The notes under the pieces were generated by a model. The model made no database searches and was not told the DNA's origin. It saw nothing but the letters and a program-made list of their open reading frames with translations. The position numbers and the translations under genes are program-made. Positions 26,512 to 40,620 of a DNA stretch of 64,000 bases are shown here, one piece after another. Source of the stretch: Octopus vulgaris (taxonomy: Eukaryota); NCBI GenBank assembly GCA_951406725.2, contig OX597820.1, positions 75,950,001-76,014,000 of the forward strand, written 5' to 3'. Each line of letters starts with the position of its first letter. Within the stretch, counting starts at the first letter, position 1.

Positions 26512-27009
26512 GTTACTATTTTGGTTCACGGTTTAAAATGTTGAATCTGTTATTTATTTATTTTTTTTTTGCTGTTGCTGCTTTCCCTCAGCTTTTCATT
26601 GTTTTCAAACCAAGATAGATGACAGACTTGATTCCCTGGGTGTTGAACATCTCATACAAAATAGTATAACGAAACATCATTTCATACAACATCAATTTAA
26701 CACTGAAGGCTGAAGTATTTTTTTTTCTTTTTCTTTGTTTTTGTAACAGAGGCTAATTTGAAGCGAATATGAACCCAAAAGAGGAACACTGTGCGAAGAA
26801 AAACAACGAGTCATTTACTTTCTTTTATTTATTTCGGGATCTGATGTGATGTTGTTGTTAGTGGTAATAACGATTTGTTATTTAACAATATGCCTGGTCT
26901 TTGAACGAATGGACCAATGGGAAAAGTTCTTCCAGCGGTAGCCTTGGTTTCAGATAGACTGATTGATTATAAATAGTATAGGGTAGGTTTATATTTTAAG
27001 GGTACAAAA

Positions 27010-27210
27010 GGCAGAGGGCTGGTTCAACCGTTAGCACGCAGCACAAAATGCTTAGCCGCATTTCTTATAGCTTTATGTTAGGAGTCCAAATGGTACCGAG
27101 TTCAACTTTGTCTCAAACTCTTTCGAGGGCCATAAAATAAGCACCAGCTTAGGACTAAGTGCGATGTAATCGACTTACCCATTCCCCTCATAATTACTAA
27201 CTGTATGCAA
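27010..27210 (+). mobile_element. SINE family A, highly degenerate
   Basis: ccgttagcacg...aaaatgcttagc...ataaaataagcaccag...cgatgtaatcgactta. Confidence 0.55.
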
Positions 27211-27637
27211 AAAGAAACTATTTAAAAAGAAACAACGGAAGGATTATATGGATGAGGTTTGAGTTGGGCAGTATCTTGCGCTTCAAATTTGAATGCAATT
27301 GTGTAACTTTCCGGAAGAAAAATTGTCTGCCAAGGGCTAGTAACCTTACTGACGTTGGTATGTTAGTACGGAGGTGAGAAAGTTGTAAAATGCTACATTC
27401 ACATCTTCCTCTAAATGCATTAGTGAGGCAACCAAAAATTAAAACTGGTTGTTGACATCGTGAGATGGATGCGTTTGCGTGCATTAGACTAAGAGCACTC
27501 CTCGAACCACAGGAGGTAAGCAAAAGTATTAATTACCGTACCATGTGGATGCCTTCTGATATTACGATTATTCTGGCTCGATTATACACACGAACTGTTT
27601 CACTTTCATGGCAAACAGCGTTTCGAAATGTAGAAAT

Positions 27638-28649
27638 CAGTAATTCTCAACCGGGGCCCATAATGACCCTTGGGGTATCAAATAATATTTGTGGGATTTA
27701 AAATTTACGTGCAATAATTTAGCAATATTTCTGCAAGTTACAAAATATTTTTCACAAATTTTTATACATTTCTTGTACAAATTTTGAAATGTAAAAATGC
27801 GATAGAAGCGTTAGCATGCTGGGCGAAATGCGTAGCCGTATATCTTCTGCCGTTACGTTCTGAGTTCAAATTCCGCCGAGGTCGACTTTGCCTTTCATCT
27901 TTTCGGGGTCGATAAATAAAGTACCAGTTACGCACTGGGGTTCGATATAATCGACTTAATCCGTTTGCCTGTCCTTGTTTGTTTCCTCTGTGTATAGCCC
28001 CTTGTGGGTAGTAAAGAAATAGGTATTTCTTCTGTCTTTACGTTCTGTGTTCAAATTCTGTCGAGGTCGACTTTGCCTTTCATCCTATCAGGGTCTATAA
28101 ATTAAGTACCAGTTGCGTACTTGGGTCGATCTAATCGACTGGCCCCCTCCCCCAAAATGTGTGGCCTTGTGCCAAGAGTGGAAAAGAATATTATATCAAC
28201 CCCAAGGCAGCGAGCTGGTAGAAACGTTAGGATGCTGGGCGAAGTGCTTAGCGGTATTTCCTCTGTCTTTATGTTCTGAGTTCAAATTCCACCGTGGTCG
28301 ACTTTGCCTTTCATCTTTTCAGGGTCTATAAATTAAGTTCTATTTGCGTACTGGGGTCGATCTAATCGACTGGTGGCCTCCCCAAATTTTCTGGCCTTGT
28401 GCCTAGAAAAGAATTTTCGGAATGTAATAATTCGGGAGCCCAAATAAGACTTTGTTGTAAAATTTATGTACAATGAATAGGGTATATTTCTACGATACAT
28501 GAAATATTTAAAAACATTTTCATATAATTAAATAAATACAGTAGGTTTTTGAAACACCGAATTGCTATGATGGTTCCTCACCCCGCCCCGAGTAACGAAG
28601 GAATCAAAGAGATCCATAGGTAAAAAAACAAAAAGTTGAGAACCACCCG
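27638..28649. mobile_element. hAT/Charlie-type MITE interrupted by SINE A array
   Basis: Imperfect TIRs cagtaattctcaacc (27638) / gttgagaaccacccg (28635-28649), similar to the CAGTGGTTCTCAAC terminus of MER5/Charlie; no clear TSD. Confidence 0.5.
27805..28410 (+). mobile_element. SINE family A, three tandem units
   Basis: Same unit order and junction (gccccttgtgggtagtaaagaaataggtatttc) as 1-590. Confidence 0.88.
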
Positions 28650-28704
28650 TAAAGTTCTCGCAAATACAATTTCAACGCTGTTGTTTTAAAATCTTTGATC
28701 ATTA

Positions 28705-28890
28705 ACTTGCTTTAGTCAGTGGACTGCTGCCATGCTGGGATGACACTTTGAACGGTTTTAGTCGAACAAATTGATTCAACGCTTGATCTTAAGCTCTGTA
28801 CTTGTTCTATCACTCTCTTTTGTCGAACCACTAAGTTACGGGACCCGCAAACAAACAGACAGCGGTTGTCAAGCAGCAGTGGAGGGACTA
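28705..28890 (-). mobile_element. SINE family B, 3' half
   Basis: ctcttttgtcgaaccactaagttacgggac...cggttgtcaagc. Confidence 0.65.
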
Positions 28891-28945
28891 GCACAATGCA
28901 AATCATACGCATATATATACATGCATATATGCATACATACATATG

Positions 28946-28977
<32 letters not shown>

Positions 28978-28991
28978 TATATATATGTATG

Positions 28992-29041
<50 letters not shown>

Positions 29042-29089
29042 TATATACGTAGTTACGTATGTATGTATGTATGTATTTATATCTGTGTC

Positions 29090-29330
29090 TCTCTTTGCGT
29101 TTGTGTTTGTGTTTGGCAACCAGTGTCGGTTTGCTTACGTCTCCATAACCTAGCGTTTTGGGAAACGGGCCCGACAGAATAAGTTCCGGACTTAAAATTT
29201 AAAAAAAAACCCCAAAGTACCGAGACTGAATGAGATTAATGTCAATTCGCTGGAGGACAAACCCTTCAAGGCAGTGCTCCAGAATGACCGCACTGCAACG
29301 ACTGAAAGAAATAATAAAAGATAAAAGATA
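29090..29330 (+). mobile_element. SINE family B, degenerate 3' half
   Basis: ttggcaaccagtgtcggtttgcttacgtctccataacctagcg...ggcagtgctccagaatgaccgcactgcaacgactgaaa. Confidence 0.6.
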
Positions 29331-30299
29331 ACATGTCATATATATTCTTCATTATCAGGATAAGAATTGGCAGAAGACCCAATCGATTGCCTGGAAAATA
29401 TTTATTAGACGTGTCTTAAATGCGCGTTTGGCAGCCGAGTCAAAGGATTAAAGCGTTCAGAAGGTTATCTGAAACAGATGGTTAAAATTCATATGTAAAT
29501 TGCGCTATCTTAGTTAACGCGCTAACGCTTTCTAGTCAAAGATAATGACAGGTTACGAGGCAGTGTAACCTCATTTCTATTTGCATAAATAACCCTGTCA
29601 CTAAAGGATCCTTTAACACATTGAAGAAATCTAGCATTAACTAATTCCTTAGTATTATGATGAAGATTTTCTTATTCTCATTCTTTTGTTTGATTTAATT
29701 GCAAATTCATTTATTTATCTATTTATTTATTACTGAGATTCCAACAAAAAGAAAAAAGAAAAAAGAATAGCATTAATAAATGAAAATAAGATTCAGTGAT
29801 GAAAATAATCTGGAATAAAATTATTTAAGCGCAGCCAATTCCAAAATTTGAGAGGCCAGTATGCGAATATATTAAACAGACATATCTCTTTCGTTGTTGT
29901 TTTTGTGGGTGTTTTGTTTCTTTTGTCTATTTTGTTTTCCTTACTTTTCTTGTAATAAATATTGGCTGTTTCATTGTAAATTCTCACTGAAGCATTTAAT
30001 GTGACGAATTGGCAGAATTCTTCAGTTTTCTGTCTCAGAATTCTAAGGAACGTCAGAAAATTTGATAGTTTAATTCGCGTAAACAAGGAACACATTTAGA
30101 TGTGAGAATTCCGTATTTTGCAAATGGTATTTCTCTAGAATGCAAACATATGCATCGTACTCGGACATATGGCAGCTATCCATAATACATACATACATAC
30201 ATACATACATACATACATACATACATGCATGCATACATACATACATACATACATACATACATACATACATACACACATACATACATACATATATGTATA

Positions 30300-30346
<47 letters not shown>

Positions 30347-30608
30347 AGGCGGTGCTCCAGCATGGCCACAGTCAAATGACTGAAACGAGTAAAAGAGCAT
30401 ATATATATTCTTATATTTGTTTCAGTCAGTTTAACAGCGGTCATTCTGGAGCACCGTCCTTTAGTCGAACAAATCATCCATAGGACTTATCCTTTGTATG
30501 CCTAATACTTACTATATCGGGCTCTTTTGCCGAATCGCTAATGTTACAGGGACGTAAACACACCAACATCGGTTGTCAAGCGATGGTGAGGGGACAAACA
30601 CAGACACA

Positions 30609-30649
<41 letters not shown>

Positions 30650-30692
30650 GGCCCGAGTCTACAGTAGAAGACACTTAACCAAGGTGCCGTGC
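30347..30692 (-). mobile_element. SINE family B partial (-) abutting a B tail (+) tail-to-tail
   Basis: 30347-30397 ggcggtgctccagcatggccacagtcaaatgactgaaac (+); 30410-30692 reverse copy with internal deletion. Confidence 0.75.
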
Positions 30693-30923
30693 ATATATTA
30701 TTCTTAAACAAGAATATTATTGACAGCGACTTCGAAGTTTTGGCCAGTTACACTATAGTTGGACGATGGCTTAAATGATCGAAAGTGTACTCTAAAGAAG
30801 TATAGAGTAACCCAACAGTTTTATGTAAAACAATTTTTATTATAACTGAACGTAAAACAAATATATGTACACATGTACACACACACATTCTCTCTCTCTC
30901 TCTCACACACACAAATCTGTATG

Positions 30924-30979
<56 letters not shown>

Positions 30980-30981
<2 letters not shown>

Positions 30982-31320
30982 CGCAGGAGTCGGTGTGTGG
31001 TAAGTAGCTGGCTTATCAACTGTAGACTCGGGCCGACCAAATCCTTGTGAGTGTATTTGATAGACGGAAACTGAAAGAAGCCAGTCGTATGTGTGTGAGT
31101 GTGCGTGTGTCCATGCGTGTGTGTGTATGTTTTTGTGTCTGTGACTGTCCCCCCACCATCGTTAGACAACCGCTCGCTAGCGGTTCGGCAAAGTAAGCAA
31201 TAGAATAACAACTAGGTTCGCAAAGAATAAGTCCTGGGATCGATTCGTTCGACTAAAGGCGGTGCTAAAGCATGGCCGCAGACAGATGAATGAAACAAGT
31301 GAAAAAGTAAAAGAATATAA

Positions 31321-31322
<2 letters not shown>
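30980..31322 (+). mobile_element. SINE family B with internal deletions
   Basis: ggcgcaggagtcggtgtgtggtaagtagc...aaagaataagtcctgggatcgattcgttcgactaaaggcggtgctaaagcatggccgcag. Confidence 0.8.
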
Positions 31323-31405
<83 letters not shown>

Positions 31406-31974
31406 CCTGCTCGCTTAGCCAGCGGGGTGGCGTCATTCGAAGGCTAAAACAATGCGAACGCATTGTGACCAGCGATGTGTAACATCATCTGATTGTCTGG
31501 TCGGTCACATACATATGTGTGTGTACACATATATGCACACACATATATGTGTGTATTCATGCATGCATGTATGTAAATGTATGTGTGTGTTTGTGTGTGT
31601 GTTTATATGTGTACATGTGTGTGTTGCGTTGGTAATGGTAAATTAATTCACTTGCAACAACGATACAGATATACGTACTTAAATAAAGAGAAATTAGCTT
31701 TGCTTAGCTTGTAAGTAAACTGTTTCGCAGACAAAACTGCGCATGCAGAAACACACCCAAAAATGCACCTGCACACACACACATTCATATAGGCGCACTC
31801 ATACGCACACGTACACAAATATATACACACAGACGTAACTACATAATATATCTACATATATATATATATAAATATATATATATCTACACATATATATACA
31901 TATATATATGCATATATTTATGTATTTATGTATGCATGTATATATATCAACACACATATATAACTATATATATA

Positions 31975-32043
<69 letters not shown>

Positions 32044-32113
32044 GTACGTACACACGCACACACACACATATATATATATATACACACATAAACACACACA
32101 CATAGGTACATGT

Positions 32114-32167
<54 letters not shown>

Positions 32168-32194
32168 ACATACATACATACATACATACATACA

Positions 32195-32226
<32 letters not shown>

Positions 32227-32719
32227 GAAATGCATATGAACACGTCCATGGAGAGAGTTACTGGTGTATGAAATGAACTGGTTTATTTGTAATGCATCTC
32301 AATTAATCTCTGTCGTGTTATAAGTCTCCTCCCCCAACCTCGCAACCAACACCACCACCACCACCACCACCACTTCACGCAAATCAATAACATCTATAAT
32401 TAGTGTGCTCCATTAAAAATGATTGCAATTAACCAACTTAGTTTCCTATTGCTGTTCAAGCTTGATATAATTTGGAAAATTTGTAATTTAGTAATTACAC
32501 AATTGCTTGCCATCGTTTCCAAGTACAAAAACCGAGAACAAATTGTGGTAAGCTGTCAAACAAGTCACCCCGATTAAAAATAATAATGACTTTACAGGTT
32601 TCTGCAAAACGAAGATGGCCGATTATGTAAAACATTAAATATTGCAACCATAAATACAAAGAGATTCTGAAAAGTGGTTCTCGTGGTCTTTCACTGTCTG
32701 TTTTTTTCTTTTTTGGGTT

Positions 32720-33022
32720 TTTGTTTTTTTACTTTTTAATTCTTTCCTTTCCTTCATTCGATCATTCTTGCTTCTTTAGATTTTGTCCTTCTTTTCGGTT
32801 TCTCTTTTTCTTTCTTCCTTTCCTTTCTTTCTTTCTTTCTGTTTGTCGTTTTCTTTTACCTTTCCTTTTCTTCCTTCCTTCTTTCCTGTCTTTCTTTCTT
32901 TCGCTCTTTCTTTCCTTCCTTCGTTCTTTATTCCTTTTCTTTTTTCTTCTTTTTCTTTTTTCCTTTTCTTTCCTTCCTTTTATCCTTTTCTATCTATCTG
33001 TCTGTCTGTCTATCTATCTACA

Positions 33023-33095
<73 letters not shown>

Positions 33096-33272
33096 GTCTA
33101 TCTATCTATCCTTCTACCTAGCTTCCTATATATCTCTCTCACTCTATCTCTCTATCTCTCTCTGTCTACCTTTCTATCTTCCTACGTATCTATCTATCTG
33201 TCTGTCTGTCTGTCTCTATCTGTCTATCTGTCTATCTATATTTATTTATTTATTTATTTATCTATTTATATC

Positions 33273-33335
<63 letters not shown>

Positions 33336-33463
33336 CTTTACATATCTATCTATTTGCCTGTCTGTTTGTCTATGCATGTATGTATGTATCTATCTATCTA
33401 TTTGTCTGTCTGTTTGTCTATGAATCTATCTATTTATCTGTCTATCTGTTTTCTTTCTTTCCT

Positions 33464-33502
<39 letters not shown>

Positions 33503-33510
33503 CTCTTTCG
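32720..33510. repeat. Polypyrimidine (TTTC) and (TATC)n tract
   Basis: Direct reading. Confidence 0.9.
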
Positions 33511-33674
33511 ACGTCTCTTCTTGCTTAGATTAATACTGAAATTATTAACAAGATTTTCTCTTTTTCATTTAGTTGTTTTAGTCACTGGACTACGACCAAA
33601 CCGGAGCATCATTGAAAAGTTTTAGTGGATGAAATCGACGGAATATTTATATAGTCTAAAAATGTCAACGTAAA

Positions 33675-33890
33675 CATAGAGCTGTAATCTGGGAGAACCG
33701 TTTGCACATCGGGAAAATACTTAGCGGTATTTGGACCGTCGTTAGATTTTGAGTTCGAAATTCCGCCGAGGTCGATCTGTATCTTTCGGGGTTGATATAT
33801 AATAAATACCAGTTGAACACTGAGGATCGATGTAATCGATTTATCACTCCCTCAAAATTATTAGCCCTGTGTCAAAATTTGAAACCAATA
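33675..33890 (+). mobile_element. SINE family A
   Basis: cttagcggtattt...gagttcgaaattccgccgaggtcga...taccagttgaacactgaggatcgatgtaatcga. Confidence 0.75.
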
Positions 33891-33980
33891 TTTCTGCGTA
33901 ACCAAAAACAGTTTGATATCTAGGATTATCGAAAAACTTCAAACTATATAAGAAATTCTACAACATAAGAAAGAATAAAA

Positions 33981-34016
33981 CCTTAACGTTTCGGATACAA
34001 ACACTTCGTCAGAAAA
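33981..34016 (-). ncRNA. Minimal hammerhead-like motif with canonical core
   Basis: Minus strand tttt-CTGACGA-aGTGTttgtATCC-GAAA-CG-TT-aagg; stem II imperfect; abuts (TA)n. Confidence 0.5.
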
Positions 34017-34056
34017 AAATATATGTATATATATTATATATATGTATGTGTGCGTG

Positions 34057-34090
<34 letters not shown>

Positions 34091-34452
34091 AAGACAGACA
34101 GACAGGCACACACACACACACACACACACACACGCAGATAGATATAGTAAAAAGAGATGTAAAAGGGTAAGAGATGGAAAGAAAGAATGAGTGAGATGAA
34201 ACTAATGTGTATATTGGTGCGTAGGTAGATAAAGTGAAAAATTGCAAAGTGTGAGAGTGTATCAAAAATTAAGGTTTTGGGGCTAAACAACGAGAACTAC
34301 ATAATTCATTGGTAGTGTTTGTTTTTCGCTTTCGTTTTCAATTTTCTTGTGTTTCATTAATTCTTCACACACAAAACGCGTCTTTCATGCCATTGGCAAC
34401 CAATCGTGATGGTGTTTGACATGACTGATCAAGATTAGGTGACAAAATTATT

Positions 34453-34483
<31 letters not shown>

Positions 34484-34699
34484 TTATTATTATTGTTATT
34501 ATTGTTATTGTTATTATTATTATTATTATTGTTAATATTATTATTATTATAATTATAATTATTATTATTATTATTATTATTGTTATTGTTTTTATTATTT
34601 ATTATTATTATCATTATTATTATTATTGTTGTTGTTGTTGTTATTGTTATTGTTTTTATTATTTATTGTTATTCTTTTTCTTTACATTTCTTCATCTTC

Positions 34700-34876
34700 C
34701 TCCTCCTCCTCCTCATCATCATCATCATAATCATTACAACAACTGTCATCATTTTATTTATCATCATCGTCGTCGTCATCTTCCTCCTCCACCTCCTCCT
34801 CCTCATCATCATCATAATCATTACAACAACTGTCATCATTTTATTTATCATCATCGTCGTCGTCATCTTCCTCCTC
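34700..34876. repeat. 87-bp tandem duplication inside a trinucleotide-rich tract
   Basis: cataatcattacaacaactgtcatcattttatttatcatcatcgtcgtcgtcatcttcctcctc at 34726 and 34813. Confidence 0.85.
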
Positions 34877-35420
34877 ATCGTCATCATCATTGCTGTTATA
34901 TTTCGAATTTAAACGCAGGTTGACTATAGATAAGGAACTAAGATGGCCGACAGAAAGAAGGAAAAGAAAGCAAAGAGGAAAAGTAATACGAAAGCAAAGG
35001 AATGGAGAAAGAGGAACAGAAAAGAAAGAAGAAGGAAAGAGGGGAAGGAAGGAAGGAAGGAAAAAGAAAGAAAGAAAGGAAGAAAAGTAGAAAGTATGAA
35101 GAGGAAAAGGGTGTATAACAACAACCACAGCAATAACTGAAAGAAGAATTGCAAGTCCAAACATGAACAAGAACACAACGAATGAGTAATAGGACATCCG
35201 CAGAGATAAACAATCTGTGTCTTGTCGTGTGTATGTCCACTAGCGAATGTCTGCATGCATGTATGTATGCAGATATGCATGCATGTATGTATGTATGTAA
35301 ATATGTATGTATGTATGTATGTATGAATGAATGTACATACGTATGCATGTATCTATATATTTGTCCATATACATACATACGCATACACATATATGTATGA
35401 ATGCACGCTCGTAAGCATGT

Positions 35421-35451
<31 letters not shown>

Positions 35452-36269
35452 AGTATATATATATATATGCATTTATATATACACATATATATATGTATAT
35501 ATATATGTTTATATATGTGTGTCTGTGTATATATATATATATGCATGTCCAAAGGTGTGCGCAAACGTGTCTATGTTCGGAGTTTCCATATAAATGCTTG
35601 CATGTGTATGCACATACAAACATAATCGCAAAACATGAGTCAGTTAGTATGTATGGTTATGTATTAATTGCGTCTTTATCGCTGTTTGAGTGTGCATGTA
35701 TGTATGTATGTATGTATGTATGTATGTATGTATGTATGTATGTATGTATGTGTGTCTGTATTTATATATATGCATATGTATATGTATGTACACTCACACG
35801 CACACACATTTAAATATATATATATATATACATCTACTCAATTATATACACACACATGTATGTTTACGTGTGTATGTGTATATATATATATATATATAGA
35901 CATAGATACATACATACATGCATAAATAGATACGCTCGGATATATATACATACATACATACACATAGATACATAAATTCATGCAAACATATATATATTAA
36001 TTTCTGTGTGTGTGTGTATGTGTGTGTGTAAATATACACAAACATATACACACGTGCATACATACGCAAATATATTCTTACATACGTACATGTACGCATA
36101 CATACGTAAATATATATATATATATATATATACATACATACATACATACATACATACATACATACATACATACATACATTCATACATACATACATATAAA
36201 CGTCACCTTTAACACAGACTGTCATATATTCCTATGTTGTTGTACGTGGTAGCATGTAATAGCGAAACA

Positions 36270-37060
36270 AATTGAGTGGAAGGGAGAGAAGAATACTTGA
36301 ATATAAGGAAAATAATGGAATAAACATTTGGAAAGAATGTGAGAAGGAATGAGTAAGGGAAGGATAGAGAGGAAGGAAAGACGACGGGAAACGAAGGCTG
36401 AAGGAAAGAAAAAATGGAAGGAAGACAGAGAGGACGGAAGAAAGGAAGGTAGAGATGAAGGAAGGAAGAGAGGCCGGAAGGAAGAAAGTAAGTGAAAAGG
36501 AAAGACAGAAAGGAAGAAAGAGAGAAAGAAAGAATGAAAGATGGAAAGAAAGAACGGAGGGAGGAAGGTAGGAATGAAAGAAAAGATGAGGGAAGACAGG
36601 AAGTAAAGAAGAAAGGAAGTAAGACAGATAGGAGGAAAGAAAGAAAGTAAGAAAGAGAGTTAGGAAGAAAGGAAGAAAGCTAGAAAGAAATATAGAAAGA
36701 AAAAGAAAGCTAGAGATAATGAAAGATACAAAGGAAAGAAAGAAAGACGAAGGAACGAAAAGCAAAAGAAAAAGAGAAAAAGACAAAGTTAAAGAAGCAA
36801 AGGAAGACAGGAAGGACGAAACAAAGAAGCAAAGAAAGAAGAATATGAATATGGATGAAAGAAAGAAAAAAAGCGAATGAAGGAAGACGGGAAGACAGAA
36901 AGGAAGGCAGAAAGGTTAAGAGAAAGAAGAATGAATGAAAGTGAAATAAAAATCATACAACGAAAGTGTGACAGAATGAAAAATGAAAGTGGGGGAATGA
37001 CAGAGAAAGAAAGAAAGAAAGAGAGAAAGAGGGAGAGATAGAGAGAGAGAGAGAGAAAAA
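36270..37060. repeat. Long polypurine (GAAA/GGAA) tract
   Basis: Direct reading. Confidence 0.85.
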
Positions 37061-37569
37061 CAATGAGAAAATGCAGAGGTGAACATGGAGTCAAGTTGTT
37101 ATGTATGGTTGAATGGACATCAGTAGCTTCATATATTATTATATAGCCGTTAGCTATATATCTCAGTGTGATGTATAGTAATGGTGGTGGTTGCGGTGGT
37201 GGAGATGATAGTTAGTCGATGTGATGGTGGCGACAGTGTCGGTGGTGGTGGCTTTGGTGGACAGCAGAGATTACGAAAGCAAACGTGATGCGGGTGAGTG
37301 GGGAAACTTTCTATATGTCGTAGATGATGATGATGATGATGATGATGATAACGACGACGATGATGATGATGGTAGTGATGAAGGTGGTATTCGTGCTGAT
37401 TGAATACAGTAAAGGTGATAACGATGGTGGTGGTGGTGGCGGTGGTGATGGTGCTGATAGTGATGGTGATGATAAGACAGATTGTGGTAATTATGATGTT
37501 GGTAGTAGTAGTAGTAGCAGAATCTGTAGCAGTAGCAGCAGCAGCAGCAGTAGTAGTAGTAGCAGTAGC

Positions 37570-37612
<43 letters not shown>

Positions 37613-37929
37613 TGATGACGGTGGGAGAGATGTTGGATGTCATTCGATTCAGTTGTCGACCCCTCACAAACAAATAGACTGAATAACGATGCGAAGTTGA
37701 CAGTAACAGAAATCGTGACATTGCGGTGACAGCAGAGGTGGGGATGGTGGTGGTGGTGGTGGTGGTGGTGTTAGCGGTGGTGGTCATTATAATGGTGATA
37801 GTAATAGTAATCTTAGTCCTCCTCCTCCACCTCATCCACGTCGTTGTCGTCATCGTCTAGATGTTACGGCAATATCATTTTGATAATGGTTTTTCAATTT
37901 TATCACAGGACCTGAAGTTTTTAACTGAA

Positions 37930-38110
37930 GCAAGGAATTGACTGTATCAACTACAGTGATTGGCTGGTACTTATTTTATCGACCCCGAAAAGTATGAAAC
38001 TTGTGCAAACAATCCACCTCGGTGGCATTTGAGCTCAGATCGAAAAGTCAGACGAAATGCCGCTAAGCATTTTCTCAGAAGTGCTAATGATGCTGTCAGC
38101 TCACCGTCCT
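37930..38110 (-). mobile_element. SINE family A, degenerate
   Basis: ctggtacttattttatcgaccccgaaaag...gacgaaatgccgctaagcattt...cagctcaccgtc. Confidence 0.7.
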
Positions 38111-38494
38111 CTTTAGAAATTAACAATAAAAAAACGGCGCAAAAGCTTTAAGGTTATGTAATTTCAGCCAATTGTAAGGCACCATTTCCCACATACCAGA
38201 ACAGGTACTTATCTTATAGTAGAGGGATGTGTGTCTGCTTCTCTGACAAATCAATAGGGTGAGATTAGGGAAATATTTGAATATTTATTTGTTACTTCTA
38301 GGCTATCCACTTGTATTTTTTATTGGTGACCTTGATCTCGCTGTTGCTAGTTAAATCTGATAGAACAGACTTATGTTTGGCTAGTAGTTAGTTGAGCGAA
38401 TAGGTACATCTTAATTAGCCATTGTTCTAGATCAAGGTCCCCCAAGATGGGGTAGAATTATTCATGAAGAGTCAAATTTTCTGTTTTACAATTT

Positions 38495-38890
38495 ATCTTT
38501 TACTTATTTTAGTTATTGGACTGCGGCCATACTGGACGCACTGCCTTGAAGGGCTTAGCCAAACAAATCGACATCAGAACGAATTTTCTTTAAGGTCTGT
38601 TACTTCATCTATCGGTTCTCTTTTACTGAACCGCTAGGTTACGGAAACGTAAACAAACCAACATCAGTTGCCAAGCGATGGGGAGGGGAGACAAACGCGT
38701 GTGTGCGTGTGTTTGTGTGCGTGAGTGAGTGTGAGTAAACGATGGGCTTCAACACAGTTTCTGGCAACCGAATTCACTTACAAGATATTGGTCAGCGCGA
38801 GGATATAGAAGGTACTTGGGCCAGGTGCCGCACAATAATATTGAACTCGAGACCACGCGTTTGCAAACCAAGCTTCTTAACCATACAGAC
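38495..38890 (-). mobile_element. SINE family B, degenerate
   Basis: gactgcggccatactgga...gaaccgctaggttacgg...aagcttcttaaccatacag. Confidence 0.7.
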
Positions 38891-39349
38891 ATTTCTTTTC
38901 CTTTATTTCTTTTCCTTTTTCTTTTTTCCTGTTTTCCTCGTAATTTTTCTTTTTCATCTGAAGCTCAAAAAATTGAAGTAGGCGTGTTTTGTGGGAAAAA
39001 AAAGAAAAGAAAATGGCATTCTCATTTTTTTTTTCTACCACATCAGACTTAACGATCTGTATTGGAGACTTGTTAATTAGCGAGTTACTAATGGAGTTGT
39101 CTAATTTAGAAGACTATGTTTAGTTCTGCTATCTGTTCATCATTAGTTCATAAATAAATGAAATACCATTGTTATGTCCCATTTTTATTGTTATTTGAAC
39201 TTTAATTAATGAGGTTTAAAAGCAGTATTTTAAATTTTCTCTTTGTCGGTGGTTTTATTATGATAGTAGAAGCGTAAGCACGAATTACTGAGCGAACCAA
39301 AGACGAGATAAACTTATAAATATCCATCCATCCATCGGTCCGCTTATCC

Positions 39350-39720
39350 AGGCGCCAACTTGGTTCTGTGATAAGAAGTTTGATTCCAAACCACATAGTT
39401 CTGGGTTCGGTGTCACACAGTGATACGGTGAGCAAGTGTCTTCTACTGTGGACACGGGCCGACCAAGGTCTCGTGATTAAATTTGGCTGAAGGAAACTGA
39501 AAGAAGCAACTCGTATGTGTATGTGTGTGTGTGTGTGCCTGTGCGTGCGTGCGTGCGTGCGTGTGTCTTTGACACGCTTGGCAACAGGTGTTCATGTGTT
39601 TCTGTCCCTGTGATTTAGAAAAATCGATGGAGAAAGTACCAGGCTTAAAGAGAATTTAAAAACTAGGGTTGATTCATTCGACTAAAATGTCTCCAGTATT
39701 GAGCCTTATGACTGAAACAT
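39350..39720 (+). mobile_element. SINE family B, degenerate
   Basis: gagcaagtgtcttctactgt...gggccgaccaagg...ggaaactgaaagaagc...gactgaaac. Confidence 0.7.
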
Positions 39721-39949
39721 ATAATAGATACACATCCAGCCATCCACCCGCTCATCCACACGCCATCTAACCGCCCAGCCACCTACCAATCCACCCATTC
39801 TTCAATCAGTCCATTCATCGATTCATCCATCCATCCATCCATCCATCCATCTTACCAGCCAGCCAGCCATCAGGCCATCCATCCAACCATCCATCTTCTC
39901 CGCCCATTATTTCTTGATGGGTGGTGACGGTGTAGCCCTCAGGCACCTC

Positions 39950-40310
39950 CTCCATTAGGTCCTCTCACACACAGGTGTCCTTAAAATTTTCTGCTGGGTT
40001 CCTAACATTGACCAATTGAGACTATAGATCCTATTCAAATCCCCTCGTTCTTGCCCTACCCTTGGTTCACCTTCCATTTGGCTCGGCATGAAGATTTTCT
40101 CTTACGATTCGTTCCTGCGACATTCTAATCACACCTGTCCACAATACTAGAGCTGTGACGTCACAATGCAGAGATTTACCTGCTCGACTAGGAGAGACTC
40201 CTTGAACACTGAGCTACGAACCGTTACTCCTGAGATTCTTCAGAGGAACCGCATTTTGGTCACTTGTATTTGCGGACTTACTCTTGCGGTCGTTACCCAA
40301 CATTCATGTC
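39950..40310 (-). mobile_element. Decayed RTE-clade LINE, ORF C-terminal region
   Basis: Reverse translation HECWVTTARVSPQIQVTKMRFL*RISGVTVRSSVFKESLLVEQVNLCIVTSQL*YCGQV/IRMSQERIVRENLHAEPNGR*TKGRARTR matches the RTE pattern YG.E.W...EMRFLRR..G...SQLRW.GH..RM...R...GRRPRGRPRTRW. Confidence 0.8.
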
Positions 40311-40463
40311 TAAAACGGATTTAAGTAACGGTTGCATAGTTGAAAACTTGTATCACTGAAGGATACTTAATAGCATGGAATTATTAACTTTTGGAAAACT
40401 TTCAAGATTCCAGAGAGTAATACTGCTTTTAGGTTAAAAATTCTCCATCCTTATCCGTATCAT

Positions 40464-40620
40464 AGGCGCGGACATGGCTGTGTGGTCAAGAAACTAACAG
40501 CTTTAAGTCCAGTCCCAATGCGCGGCACCTTGGGTTATGATCTACCACTGTAGTTCCCCAAGCTGACGAGTACCTTGTGAGTGAATTTGGTAGACGAAAG
40601 CTGCGTAGAAGCTCGTTGTG
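40464..40620 (+). mobile_element. SINE family B, 5' half
   Basis: ggcgcggacatggctgtgtggtcaag...cagtcccaatgcgcggcaccttggg...ccttgtgagtgaatttggtagacg. Confidence 0.7.

Noticed and set aside
32721-33533. 270-aa hydrophobic ORF
   Set aside because: (TTTC)n/(TATC)n low complexity
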